From positions 1 through 35,059 of the forward strand of contig JBKKBM010000276.1 in assembly GCA_046714215.1 (NCBI GenBank): a stretch of DNA of 35,059 nt, written 5' to 3'. This DNA is from Terriglobales bacterium (GTDB taxonomy: Bacteria > Acidobacteriota > Terriglobia > Terriglobales > Acidobacteriaceae). Every line of letters starts with the position of its first letter. Within the stretch, counting starts at the first letter, position 1. Of this stretch, positions 23,804-34,124 are shown piece after piece. The notes under the pieces were generated by a model. That model was not told where the DNA came from and searched no databases. It was given only the letters and a program-made list of their open reading frames with translations. Position numbers and translations under genes: made by a program.

Positions 23804-25681
23804 CTACTGTTTTTCGCGCTTCCAGTTGATGATATCGCCCAGCGTGGTGGTGGCTCCGCTGCTGGAACTCGAACTTGAGCTCGCCACTGGCTGCTTGTAG
23901 GCTTCCACGTCGGCGCGGCTGGCTTCTTCGCCGATGGCGCGCAGGCTCAGGCCCACTTTCTTCTCTTCCGGGTTCATCTTCACGATCTTAAACTCGCGCT
24001 CTTCACCCGCTTCGAGCTTCAACGGCGCGCCGTGCTCATCCACCGCTTCGGAGTTGTGGCAGAGGCCTTCCACGCCCTCCGCGATCTCGACGAACGACCC
24101 AAAGGCCGCACTGCGGAGCACCTTGCCCTTTAGCAGGTCGCCCACGCGATGGGTGTTGAAGAACGTCTCCCAGACATCCGGCTCCAGTTGCTTCATGCCC
24201 AGCGACAGGCGCCGGTTCTCCGGCTCAATCGCCAGGATCACCGCTTTCACCTTATCACCTTTTTTCAGCACTTCAGAAGGATGCTTCACCCGCTTGGTCC
24301 AGCTCATGTTGCTCACGTGGATCAAGCCGTCGATGCCGTCTTCTACTTCGACGAACGCGCCAAAGTCGGTCAGGTTGCGTACCCGGCCTTCCACCTGTGC
24401 GCCCACCGGATACTTGGTGTGCAGCGTCTCCCAGGGGTTCGTTTCCAATTGCTTCATGCCCAGCGAGATGCGGCGTTCCGTGGCGTTCACGTTCAACACC
24501 ACCGCTTCTACTTCGGTGCCACTCTGCAGGATCTTCGAGGGATGCTTTGTCCGCTTGGACCAGCTCATCTCGCTGACGTGCACCAGACCTTCGATGCCTT
24601 GCTCTAATTCGACGAACGCGCCGTAATCGGTGAGGCTCAGGACTTTGCCCTTCACGTGCGCGCCCACCGGATACCGGTCAGAAGCGTCGAGCCACGGATC
24701 GGGCGTCAACTGCTTGAAGCCCAGCGAAACGCGCTGCTTTTCTTTGTCAAACTTGAGTACCTTCACGTGGATCTCATCGCCCACATGCACTAGGTCGCGC
24801 GGATGCGTCAGCCGTCCCCAGGACATGTCCGTGATGTGCAGTAGGCCGTCCAGCCCACCCAAGTCCACAAAAGCGCCGTACTCCGTGAGGTTCTTCACCG
24901 TGCCGGTCAATACCGCGCCTTCTTCCAAGTGCTTCATGGTCTCGTCGCGCTTGACCGCGTTATCTTCATCGAGGATCTGCTTGCGGCTCACCACGATGTT
25001 TCCGCGCTTCTTGTTCAGCTTGACGATGCGGACTTCGATCTCCTGGTCCTTATATCCATCCAGATTGCGGACCGGCTTGGAATCCACCTGGGAGCCGGGC
25101 AGGAACGCCTTGATCCCGCCGATCTCCACATTCAGTCCGCCCTTCACCCGCTCCGCCACGATGCCCTTGATGTTGGTCTTCTCGTTGAAGGCCTTCTCGA
25201 TGTCATCCCAGACTTTGACCCGCGCCGCTTTTTCGTGCGAGAGCAGTACATAACCCTCTTCGCGCTCGCCCCGGTCCATCACCACATCAATGGAGTCGCC
25301 GGGCTGGAACTTGATCTTGCCTTCGCGGTCGGTCACTTGCGCGATCGGCACTAGGCCGTCGGCTTTGTTGCCGATGTCCACGGAAAGGTGGGTAGGGGTG
25401 ATGCTGATCACGGTGCCCTTGATGATCTTATGATCGTCGGTCTGGGGCGCTTCAGCGGCGGCGGATTGTTCGGCTCCGAATGTTTCCAGGACGGAGGCGA
25501 AATCTTCTGACATGTTAGGTTCGTTTTCTCTGCGAGTAGGACCCTCGGCGGGCCGCTCGTTTTCCTTTGGATTTGAATGCATAGTGGGTGGGGCTGAGGG
25601 CGACGGATGTTCTACCTGACCCGGGCCTGCTTCATTAGAGGCGGCTTCCTGGGTGCGGGCTGTGTTGTCATCGAACATCAT
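23804..25681 (-). CDS. rpsA: 30S ribosomal protein S1 (six S1 domains) with a possible N-terminal extension
   Basis: Repeated S1/OB modules (e.g. GTVISITPTHLSVDIG, GIVAERVKGGLNVEIGG, GTVKNLTEYGAFVDLGG, GKVLSLTDYGAFVELEQG, GRVRNLTDFGAFVEVEDG, GKVLRSAAFGSFVEIAEG). The longest ORF starts at 25681. The canonical-looking N-terminus MSEDFASVLETFG begins at 25513, so the start is uncertain. Confidence 0.95.
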   Translation of the reverse strand: MMFDDNTARTQEAASNEAGPGQVEHPSPSAPPTMHSNPKENERPAEGPTRRENEPNMSEDFASVLETFGAEQSAAAEAPQTDDHKIIKGTVISITPTHLSVDIGNKADGLVPIAQVTDREGKIKFQPGDSIDVVMDRGEREEGYVLLSHEKAARVKVWDDIEKAFNEKTNIKGIVAERVKGGLNVEIGGIKAFLPGSQVDSKPVRNLDGYKDQEIEVRIVKLNKKRGNIVVSRKQILDEDNAVKRDETMKHLEEGAVLTGTVKNLTEYGAFVDLGGLDGLLHITDMSWGRLTHPRDLVHVGDEIHVKVLKFDKEKQRVSLGFKQLTPDPWLDASDRYPVGAHVKGKVLSLTDYGAFVELEQGIEGLVHVSEMSWSKRTKHPSKILQSGTEVEAVVLNVNATERRISLGMKQLETNPWETLHTKYPVGAQVEGRVRNLTDFGAFVEVEDGIDGLIHVSNMSWTKRVKHPSEVLKKGDKVKAVILAIEPENRRLSLGMKQLEPDVWETFFNTHRVGDLLKGKVLRSAAFGSFVEIAEGVEGLCHNSEAVDEHGAPLKLEAGEEREFKIVKMNPEEKKVGLSLRAIGEEASRADVEAYKQPVASSSSSSSSGATTTLGDIINWKREKQ

Positions 25682-25884
25682 TTTCCGTCGTTGTCGTTTC
25701 CCATGGACCTTCAGGAGGGAGACCCTGTGCGCATCTGGAGGCGCTTAGCGCCTGCGGATACGACCCTGAGGGACTACGGAGTGGTGGCGGCGAGTCTTCC
25801 TGGGTGATTGCCTGGTAGGAGGCGAGATACCAAAAACTCAGCGGCCGGATCCAGTGCGCGCGTGCGCGTTCACCGGACTCTTTG

Positions 25885-25914
25885 ACTATAACAACCTCAT
25901 CGGAAGAGTGTCAA
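25885..25914 (-). promoter_or_regulatory. Strong sigma70-type promoter candidate for rpsA
   Basis: On the minus strand: TTGACA (25914-25909), an 18-nt spacer, then TATAGT (25890-25885). This implies an rpsA leader of about 200 nt (start 25681) or about 365 nt (start 25513). Confidence 0.5.
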
Positions 25915-25940
25915 ACCATCCCGCCGCCGCCCCGCTCGCC

Positions 25941-25968
25941 TTGTTACCATCCCCGCCCTTGCTACAAT
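25941..25968 (+). promoter_or_regulatory. Sigma70-type promoter candidate placing the HIT gene start codon at or near the transcription start (leaderless)
   Basis: TTGTTA (25941-25946), a 16-nt spacer, then TACAAT (25963-25968). ATG 25977 lies 8 nt after the -10 element and has no Shine-Dalgarno sequence. Confidence 0.45.
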
Positions 25969-25976
25969 CCCCAGCT

Positions 25977-26459
25977 ATGGATTACCTCTGGAGCCCCTGG
26001 CGCTACGCCTATATCACCGGCGCGGAGCCTGAGCCCGGCGCCTGCATCTTCTGCGACAAGCCCCGGGAGGCCGACGACGTTCGCAACCTCATCGTCCACC
26101 GCGGCCAGCATTGCTATGTGATCCTCAATGCCTTCCCCTACACCTCCGGCCACGTGATGGTGGTGCCCTTCCAGCACGTGGACGAGCTGCAGAAACTCGA
26201 CGCCCCCGCCGCCACGGAAATGATGGCCCTGTCGCAGCGGCTGGAGGGCATCCTGCGCCGCCTTTACCGCCCGGAGGGGATCAATCTGGGTATGAATATC
26301 GGCAAGGCCGCCGGGGCGGGTATCGCGGGACATCTGCACATGCATATCCTGCCGCGCTGGACCGCCGACGCCAACTTCATCTCCGTCATTGGCGAAACCC
26401 GCGTCCTGCCTGAAGCTCTCGACGTCACTTACAGGCGGATCAAGGAAGCGCTGGGGTAG
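25977..26459 (+). CDS. HIT family hydrolase (Ap4A phosphorylase/GalT-like branch)
   Basis: MDYLWSPWRYAYI...CIFC...VILNAFPYTSGHVMVVP...GAGIAGHLHMHILPRW, including the histidine triad HLHMH. The upstream part of track ORF 25854-26459 is Pro/Ala-rich and covers the promoter, so it is rejected. Confidence 0.88.
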   Translation: MDYLWSPWRYAYITGAEPEPGACIFCDKPREADDVRNLIVHRGQHCYVILNAFPYTSGHVMVVPFQHVDELQKLDAPAATEMMALSQRLEGILRRLYRPEGINLGMNIGKAAGAGIAGHLHMHILPRWTADANFISVIGETRVLPEALDVTYRRIKEALG

Positions 26460-26505
26460 ATTTCGCTGTCCTCCGGGCCGGATTCCGCGCTATCCTTCCC
26501 GCAGA

Positions 26506-28104
26506 TTGAGCCACAACCCCATATTTACCCAGTCTGCGGAGCTCACCGCCGAGCGCGAACTATTCCGCGCCGACCTTCCGCCGGATTCTGCCCGGCTTTG
26601 GGCCGAACATTCCGGACGCACCGGCGTGGTTCTCTCCGGCGGCGGCGCCCGCGGCGCCTATGAAGCCGGCGTGCTGCTCGCCTTCCAGGACGCGGCCATG
26701 CCTACCCATATCCTCGCCGCCACCTCCGTCGGCAGCATCAATGCCGCCTCCTACGCCGCTCATTCCAAGACCACTGTGGGCAATGCGGAATCGCTCGTCG
26801 CTTCCTGGTCACATATCAATCCGCCCGCCGTCGGCATCGATTGGTTTCGTTACATCCTGGTGCTGGCGGGCTTGGTCGCCGCCTCCGCCGGCTTCGGTAA
26901 CCTCATCCGCGAGTGGCTCCGAACGGAGGGAATCTTCTTCCACCTGAGCAGCCCCAAGTGGACCTGGTTCGCGCTCGGTATGACCGGCGCGGCCATCCTG
27001 TTTCTTTATGATCACCTCCCGTATCTCGGCCATGTGATCAAGCACGCTGTCTTTCGTCGGCACTGGCGGCCCGACACGAAGAAGACCTGGCTCTCCGTTG
27101 CCGCTAATCTCGTGGTCTGGGGCTGCGGCGTCTTCTTCCTCAGCGTCAGCCATCTCCACCTTACCGCCCAGGAGATCCTTGAAGGTGACGACCCGGACCT
27201 CACGTTGCTCATCTCCGCCGGATTTGTGCTCGCGCTGGTGCTCGCCTTCTTCTTTCGCAAGAAGATCAATTTCTTCAGCCATAAGTTTTTGCGGCTGCCG
27301 TTACGTTCCGGTCTTTTTCCTAATTTCGAGCGCACTCGCTTTCTGCGCGACCACATTCCCGCAGACGGCCTCCGCGCATCACCCATCCGCGTGGTGATGA
27401 CGGCCGCCGACGTGTACACCGGCTCGGACCGCTGCTTCACCAACGCCACGCAAGGGCAATTGCTCCAGGACCCCGGCGTGGAACCGAACTTTGTGCGCGA
27501 CGAGATGGTGCTGGCGGAGGATCTGCTGCTCGCCGTGATCGCCTCCTCGGCTTTTCCCATCGTCTATGAAGCGGTGCCCATGCAGGGCGGTACCTGGACG
27601 GACGGCGGTATCGTCAGCAATCAGCCCATCCGTCCGGCCATTCGTTTGGGCGCGGATGTCCTCTTCCTCGTCATGGTGGAGCCCCGCAGCCAACGCCGCG
27701 GTGAGATCAAGACCTTCCTCGACCTCGGCGTGCGCGCTATCGACATCCTCATGGCGCAGAACCTGAAGACCGATCTCAAGATCCTGAGCAATGTGAATTC
27801 GTGGTGTGAGCACTACGCCGAAGGCCTCCGCCTTCGTCCCGAGCAGATCACTTTGCACGTTGGCCAACGCCGCTACCGCTACCTGAAAGCCATCACGGTA
27901 GAGCCGGCCGAGGCGCTCTCCGCCTCCGTCCTCGATTTTGACGGCGACATCACCGCCCCGGCTATTGTGCAGGGCTATCGCGACGGTACCCGCGCTGTGC
28001 GCGAGTTCGCAGGATACCTCCGCGGTCTGCCGGCGGATATGCCCCGCCGCGATGTTCGCTTGGTCGCCGAAGAGTTCAGCTTGAGCCGCAGCGTCGGCCG
28101 CTGA
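26506..28104 (+). CDS. Patatin-like phospholipase with a four-TM insertion inside the catalytic domain
   Basis: Oxyanion motif VVLSGGGARGAYEAGV, nucleophile elbow AATSVGSINA (A-x-S-x-G) and Asp motif WTDGGIVSNQP. Four hydrophobic helices occupy aa 152-290 of the track ORF. The start is uncertain: TTG 26389 overlaps HIT by 71 nt, and the alternatives are TTG 26506 and GTG 26626. Confidence 0.85.
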   Translation: MSHNPIFTQSAELTAERELFRADLPPDSARLWAEHSGRTGVVLSGGGARGAYEAGVLLAFQDAAMPTHILAATSVGSINAASYAAHSKTTVGNAESLVASWSHINPPAVGIDWFRYILVLAGLVAASAGFGNLIREWLRTEGIFFHLSSPKWTWFALGMTGAAILFLYDHLPYLGHVIKHAVFRRHWRPDTKKTWLSVAANLVVWGCGVFFLSVSHLHLTAQEILEGDDPDLTLLISAGFVLALVLAFFFRKKINFFSHKFLRLPLRSGLFPNFERTRFLRDHIPADGLRASPIRVVMTAADVYTGSDRCFTNATQGQLLQDPGVEPNFVRDEMVLAEDLLLAVIASSAFPIVYEAVPMQGGTWTDGGIVSNQPIRPAIRLGADVLFLVMVEPRSQRRGEIKTFLDLGVRAIDILMAQNLKTDLKILSNVNSWCEHYAEGLRLRPEQITLHVGQRRYRYLKAITVEPAEALSASVLDFDGDITAPAIVQGYRDGTRAVREFAGYLRGLPADMPRRDVRLVAEEFSLSRSVGR

Positions 28105-28140
28105 GCTCATGCGAGATCCTGCGCCGTCGCGCAGCCTGAT

Positions 28141-30189
<2,049 letters not shown>

Positions 30190-30213
30190 TTAAATTTGCG
30201 GGTTGGAGGTGCT

Positions 30214-30900
30214 ATGAAAGTCCTCATCCGATCCCTTACCCCCGCCTTCCTTGCGCTATTACTGGCCCTGTCATTGGCCGCTCAGGCACCGCATAATCAG
30301 CCGGACGTCAAAGCCAAGCCTGCGGAGAAGCCGCCCGTCGGGACCAAGACTGCCGAGCCCACGAAGCCGAGTTCCACCAAACCGGATTCCGGCATGCCGA
30401 AGCCCGCACCCGAGATCGAACGCGTACTCCAGCAGTTCCAGGGGAGATGGACCACGGAAGAAAAGCACGAACCCTCGGAGATGCTGCCCCAGGGCGGTAC
30501 CGGCAAAGGTCAGGAAGCGATCCGACCCGGTCCGGGCAAAATGTCGCTGATCGGTGAATACGTCTCGCAGGGACCGATGGGCGAATTTGCCGGCATCGGC
30601 CTCATGACGTGGGACCCCACCGCGCGTGTCTACCACCTCCATTGGACGGACAACACCAACCCTGTCGTCAGCGTTTCCACCGGCAAATGGGAAGGGAAAG
30701 ACCTGGTCTTCACCGGCACGGACACGATGATGGGCAAGAAGGTTTACGCCCGTCATGCTTTCACTGAACTCACGCCCACCGCCTTCACGTATACCCTCGA
30801 CATGGGCCCCACTGCCACTCAATTCGAGCGCGCCGTCACCATCAAGTACACCAAGGCGAATCCGAGTGAGCTGCCCTTCCGCCGTATGCGACCGCAGTGA
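30214..30900 (+). CDS. Secreted protein, DUF1579-like (tentative family call)
   Basis: ATG at 30214 with a GGAGG RBS at 30205-30209. Signal peptide MKVLIRSLTPAFLALLLALSLAAQA and a Pro/Lys/Thr-rich linker, then a beta-rich domain (FQGRWTTEEK...MSLIGEYVSQGPMGEFAGIGLMTWDP...YHLHWTDN) that resembles DUF1579 proteins from memory. The upstream part of track ORF 30010-30900 is antisense to ligA. Confidence 0.75.
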   Translation: MKVLIRSLTPAFLALLLALSLAAQAPHNQPDVKAKPAEKPPVGTKTAEPTKPSSTKPDSGMPKPAPEIERVLQQFQGRWTTEEKHEPSEMLPQGGTGKGQEAIRPGPGKMSLIGEYVSQGPMGEFAGIGLMTWDPTARVYHLHWTDNTNPVVSVSTGKWEGKDLVFTGTDTMMGKKVYARHAFTELTPTAFTYTLDMGPTATQFERAVTIKYTKANPSELPFRRMRPQ

Positions 30901-30918
30901 TCCTCACCGCGTAAGATC

Positions 30919-30948
30919 AAGCCCGGGGCCCTGGCTCCGGGCTTTTTG
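30919..30948 (+). terminator. Rho-independent terminator
   Basis: AAGCCCGG-GGCCCTGGCT-CCGGGCTT followed by TTTTG, 19 nt after the stop at 30900. Confidence 0.7.
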
Positions 30949-30966
30949 TTTAGAATCCTCTCCTCT

Positions 30967-31917
30967 ATGCAGCGCGCGGCGCTCCTCTACAATCCGGCCT
31001 CGGGACAACGTCGCCACCTCCGTCTCGCCCAGGTAGAAGCGGCGGCGCGCGCGCTCCACGTCGGCGGCGTCACCACCACCCTTGTTCCCACCGAGGAAGC
31101 GGGCTCGGCCGGCAAGCAGGCCGCGGCTGCGGTCGCTCAGGGACACGACGCCATCTTCGCCTGCGGAGGGGATGGCACCATCCATGACGTATTGCAGGGC
31201 ATGGTGGCCCACGCTCCTGAGATCCCGCTCGGCATCATTCCTCTGGGCACCGGCAATTTGCTCGCCTTCGATCTGCGTATTCCTCGCGATGCCGCCCGTG
31301 CCGCCCGCGCGCAGTTGGAATATCTACCGCGCCGCATCGCCGCCGGCCACATCGAATTCCAGACGCGCGAGGGCACCAGGGATTCCCGTTATTTCACCCT
31401 CATGGCCGGAGTTGGGCCAGACGCGCTCATGCTCTATCGCGTGCACGCCGAAATGAAACGGCATATGGGCATGTTGGAGTATCTGCGCCAGGCGCTACGC
31501 GTCGGACTCGCGCATCCCTATGAGGAGTTTCTTTTGCAGTGCAATGCCGGCGGGGAAAACCGCACCGTCGCCATTTCGCAACTTTCAGCCGTCCGCGTAA
31601 CCGCCGTCGGCAACTGGTTTTGCTACTTCACCATGGACTCCGCGCTCGAACGCGATGATTTTCATGCGGTCCTGGTCTCAACCTCTAGTCGTCTGATGAC
31701 CATGGCCTATTTTGCCCGGCGCTGGGGACTCCAGCGCTGGAAGGTCCGCGGCATCCAGGGCGTGATGTGCTCGGAGCTCAACTGCGAACCTAAGCCGGGA
31801 CAGACGTACGCGCACGGCATCTACGCCCAGGCCGACGGCGAATTCCTGGGCACGTTGCCCGTCACCATCCGCATCGTGCCCCAGGCTTTCACGTTGCTGA
31901 TGCCGCCTCCGCGCTGA
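30967..31917 (+). CDS. Diacylglycerol/lipid kinase family protein (YegS/BmrU-like)
   Basis: MQRAALLYNPASGQRR..., the GGDGT motif (ACGGDGTIHDVLQG) and PLGIIPLGTGNLLA. ATG at 30967 is preferred over the TTG at 30946, which sits inside the terminator. Confidence 0.88.
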   Translation: MQRAALLYNPASGQRRHLRLAQVEAAARALHVGGVTTTLVPTEEAGSAGKQAAAAVAQGHDAIFACGGDGTIHDVLQGMVAHAPEIPLGIIPLGTGNLLAFDLRIPRDAARAARAQLEYLPRRIAAGHIEFQTREGTRDSRYFTLMAGVGPDALMLYRVHAEMKRHMGMLEYLRQALRVGLAHPYEEFLLQCNAGGENRTVAISQLSAVRVTAVGNWFCYFTMDSALERDDFHAVLVSTSSRLMTMAYFARRWGLQRWKVRGIQGVMCSELNCEPKPGQTYAHGIYAQADGEFLGTLPVTIRIVPQAFTLLMPPPR

Positions 31918-31953
31918 GCTTCGCAGAAGTATTTTGTTGTATCCTCGAAATGC

Positions 31954-33015
31954 TTGGATCCTCTCACTCACATCCTGGCCGGTTCGGTACTGAGCCGCGC
32001 TGGCCTCAACCGCAAGACCGGACTCGCCACCGCCGTACTGGCCATCTCCGCTGAATTCCCTGACATTGACGTCGTGACTTCCTTCGCTGGCCCGGTCACC
32101 GGTTTTGCCACTCATCGCGGCATCACGCATACCTTCATCGGCGCGCCCTTCATGGCGGCGGCGTCGGTGGCCATCGTCTATGGTTTTTATCGCTGGATGC
32201 GCTACCGCGGCCGTGAGCCTAAGCTCCCGCCCAACTGGAAGCTGCTTTACGCCTACGCTTTGCTGGGCGCGCTCAGCCACATCCTCCTCGACTTCACCAA
32301 TAATTATGGTGTGCGCCCGCTCTCGCCCTTCCTGCACCGCTGGTACGCGTGGGACATCGTCTACATCATCGAGCCCGTGCTCACGGGCGCGCTGCTGCTG
32401 GCGCTGATCATGCCCTGGTTCTTCGGACTCATCGGCGGCGAGGTCGGCGCGCGTAAAGCGCACATGCCCGGGCGCGGCAGCGCCATCGCCGCCCTCATCC
32501 TGGTAGCGCTGCTATGGTGGGGACGCGATTACCACCACCGTCGCGCCATCGCGCTGCTGGAATCGCAGCTCTATGAAGACCAGGAGCCCATCCGCATCTC
32601 CGCCAGCCCGTATATGGGCAATCCCTTCCGCTGGCTCGGCGTGGTTGAGACCCAGACCGCATTCTTCACCCAGCCCGTGGATACCTGGGCGGGAGAAGTC
32701 GACCCGCAGCGCATCGTCGTTGTTCGCTACAAGCCGGAGGAGACGCCCGTTACTTTAGCCGCGAAGGGGTCACCCCTGGGCCGCGTCTATCTCGACTGGG
32801 CGCGCTATCCCTACGCTGAAGTCATCATTCCGGACAAGCCCGGCGGAGATATCGGAGTGCGCATCCGTGACCTTCGCTATGACTATCCTGAACTGCGCGA
32901 GCGCCTCGCCGGTGACACGCCGGAGACCGACCGCACCCCCCTCTCCATGAACGTGACGCTGGATCCAACCCTGCGCGTGGTCGAGCAGCGCATGGGCCGG
33001 CACATCGAGGATTAG
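31954..33015 (+). CDS. YdjM/DUF457-like membrane-bound metal-dependent hydrolase with a C-terminal extra domain
   Basis: TTG start. MDPLTHILAGSVLSRAGL...FPDIDV...HRGITHTFIG...HILLDFTNNYG are typical His/Asp-rich DUF457 motifs. There are several TM helices followed by a soluble domain of about 150 aa. Confidence 0.8.
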   Translation: MDPLTHILAGSVLSRAGLNRKTGLATAVLAISAEFPDIDVVTSFAGPVTGFATHRGITHTFIGAPFMAAASVAIVYGFYRWMRYRGREPKLPPNWKLLYAYALLGALSHILLDFTNNYGVRPLSPFLHRWYAWDIVYIIEPVLTGALLLALIMPWFFGLIGGEVGARKAHMPGRGSAIAALILVALLWWGRDYHHRRAIALLESQLYEDQEPIRISASPYMGNPFRWLGVVETQTAFFTQPVDTWAGEVDPQRIVVVRYKPEETPVTLAAKGSPLGRVYLDWARYPYAEVIIPDKPGGDIGVRIRDLRYDYPELRERLAGDTPETDRTPLSMNVTLDPTLRVVEQRMGRHIED

Positions 33016-33049
33016 TCGTTCCTTCTGCCCAGCAAATGCCGGTAGTGGG

Positions 33050-33259
33050 TCAGTTTGAACGATGACCGCGAAAGAACATGATCAGGGCAACGAGAGCCGC
33101 ACCGAAGCACATTCCGACGGCGATCAACAGGACAACGTCAACCGCGCGAAAAGTCTCGAAGCTGGGCCTGGTGGCGGCGTAGGAAAAGTTGATGATTCCC
33201 ATGAAGACCAAGAACACGGGAACGAAAATGCCTGAAGCAACCTTACGCGGATTGGTCAT
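33050..33259 (-). CDS. Possible small two-TM membrane protein (69 aa)
   Basis: MTNPRKVASGIFVPVFLVFMGIINF...VDVVLLIAVGMCFGAALVALIMFF. GAGGGG lies about 8 nt upstream of the ATG. It sits in a locally lower-GC stretch next to a transposase remnant. No family recognised. Confidence 0.4.
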   Translation of the reverse strand: MTNPRKVASGIFVPVFLVFMGIINFSYAATRPSFETFRAVDVVLLIAVGMCFGAALVALIMFFRGHRSN

Positions 33260-33344
33260 GGCCTTGGCCCCTCGATAAGCTGCACGATGTCCATATTCTT
33301 CTCCTATGCCAGCCGCCAGTGTACTCTGCTCTAAAGAGAAACCA

Positions 33345-33437
33345 ACTCTCTAGTGTCCAAACGTGATCCGCAAGCCCCGCTTCCATTGCGGGGGTAACCC
33401 GCAGGGTCTGATGCACTCGGCAAAAATTGTAGTACAT
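33345..33437 (-). pseudogene. Remnant of the 3' end of a DDE transposase gene
   Basis: (M)YYNFCRVHQTLRVTPAMEAGLADHVWTLE matches the conserved C-terminal YNF-x-R-x-H-x-x-L...TPAM-x-AG...DHVW block found at the end of many IS transposases. There is an in-frame stop 4 codons upstream and no catalytic domain. No terminal inverted repeats were identified. Confidence 0.55.
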
Positions 33438-33535
33438 GAAACTGACCCACTACCCAAATGCCCCTCGGCTTGACTACAACCGCCTCCGGGCGCAACAATG
33501 GACTTCCGTCTATTCGGCAGGGAAGAGGTCTATAC

Positions 33536-34063
33536 ATGTTGGCTGTTCTATTCGTTGTGCTTGCCGTTGTCATCCGCTTTCTGCCCCACGCTTGGCATTT
33601 CACGCCGGTGGGCGCCGCGCTGCTCTACTTTGGCTATAAGCACCCGCGCAAGCATATGTGGTTTCCTCTGGTGCTGCTGGCGGCCTCTGACGTCGTGCTG
33701 AACCGCTTCGTTTACAACTTTCCCATCACCTGGGAGACCTTTATCAGCACCGGATGGTACGCCATCGCCATCCTCATCGGCTCGCTCTTGAAGGAGAAGG
33801 TCAGCCCCTTACGCGTGGTCGGCGCTTCGCTGGCCGGCTCCGTCTCGTTCTTCATCATCAGCAACTTTGCCGTGTGGGCTGCCTACAACATGTATCCGCA
33901 CACTCTGGCCGGACTGGGTGCCTGCTATGTGGCCGCCATCCCGTTCTTCCGTGGGACCGTCGCCGCTGACATGATCTACGCCGTGGCCATCTTTGGCGCT
34001 CCGGTAGTGTTCGAAGCGATGCAAAAGTATTTTACTTCCTCCCGCAACCAAGCCGCCGCGTAA
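33536..34063 (+). CDS. DUF6580-like polytopic membrane (putative transport) protein
   Basis: ATG at 33536 gives MLAVLFVVLAVVIRFLPHAWHFTPVGAALLYFG...MYPHTLAGLGACYVAAIPFFRGTV. The LPH-x-x-NFTP-like and YPHT...GL..CY.AAIPFF blocks match my recollection of this family. The upstream 26 codons of the track ORF are rejected. Confidence 0.75.
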   Translation: MLAVLFVVLAVVIRFLPHAWHFTPVGAALLYFGYKHPRKHMWFPLVLLAASDVVLNRFVYNFPITWETFISTGWYAIAILIGSLLKEKVSPLRVVGASLAGSVSFFIISNFAVWAAYNMYPHTLAGLGACYVAAIPFFRGTVAADMIYAVAIFGAPVVFEAMQKYFTSSRNQAAA

Positions 34064-34078
34064 GAACGTCTTGACAGT

Positions 34079-34110
34079 AAAGAGGCGCGACCATTTGGTC
34101 GCGCCTCTTA
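34079..34110. terminator. Bidirectional intrinsic terminator between convergent genes
   Basis: AAGAGGCGCGACC-ATTT-GGTCGCGCCTCTT is a 13-bp perfect stem, A-rich 5' and T-containing 3'. It lies between the stop at 34063 (+) and the stop at 34125 (-). Confidence 0.8.
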
Positions 34111-34124
34111 ACTTCTAATCACAC

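Noticed and set aside
25854-25976. The N-terminal 41 codons of track ORF 25854-26459 as part of the HIT protein
   Set aside because: This Pro/Ala-rich stretch has no homology to HIT N-termini and overlaps the promoter-like TTGTTA/TACAAT pair. The conserved HIT N-terminus (MDYLWSPWRY) begins at 25977.
26389-26505. TTG-26389 as the patatin start
   Set aside because: It would overlap the HIT gene by 71 nt and adds an Arg/Pro-rich segment. This is kept only as an alternative, and the true start remains uncertain (26506 TTG or 26626 GTG).
33260-33535. A cobalamin riboswitch upstream of the DUF6580-like gene (such genes are sometimes B12-regulated)
   Set aside because: I looked on the + strand for the B12-box-like GCCACTG / AGYCMGG-N-GACCKGCC type blocks and the GGGAA..GGTG core and found none. 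The region is instead explained by the minus-strand transposase remnant. cmscan would be the decisive check.
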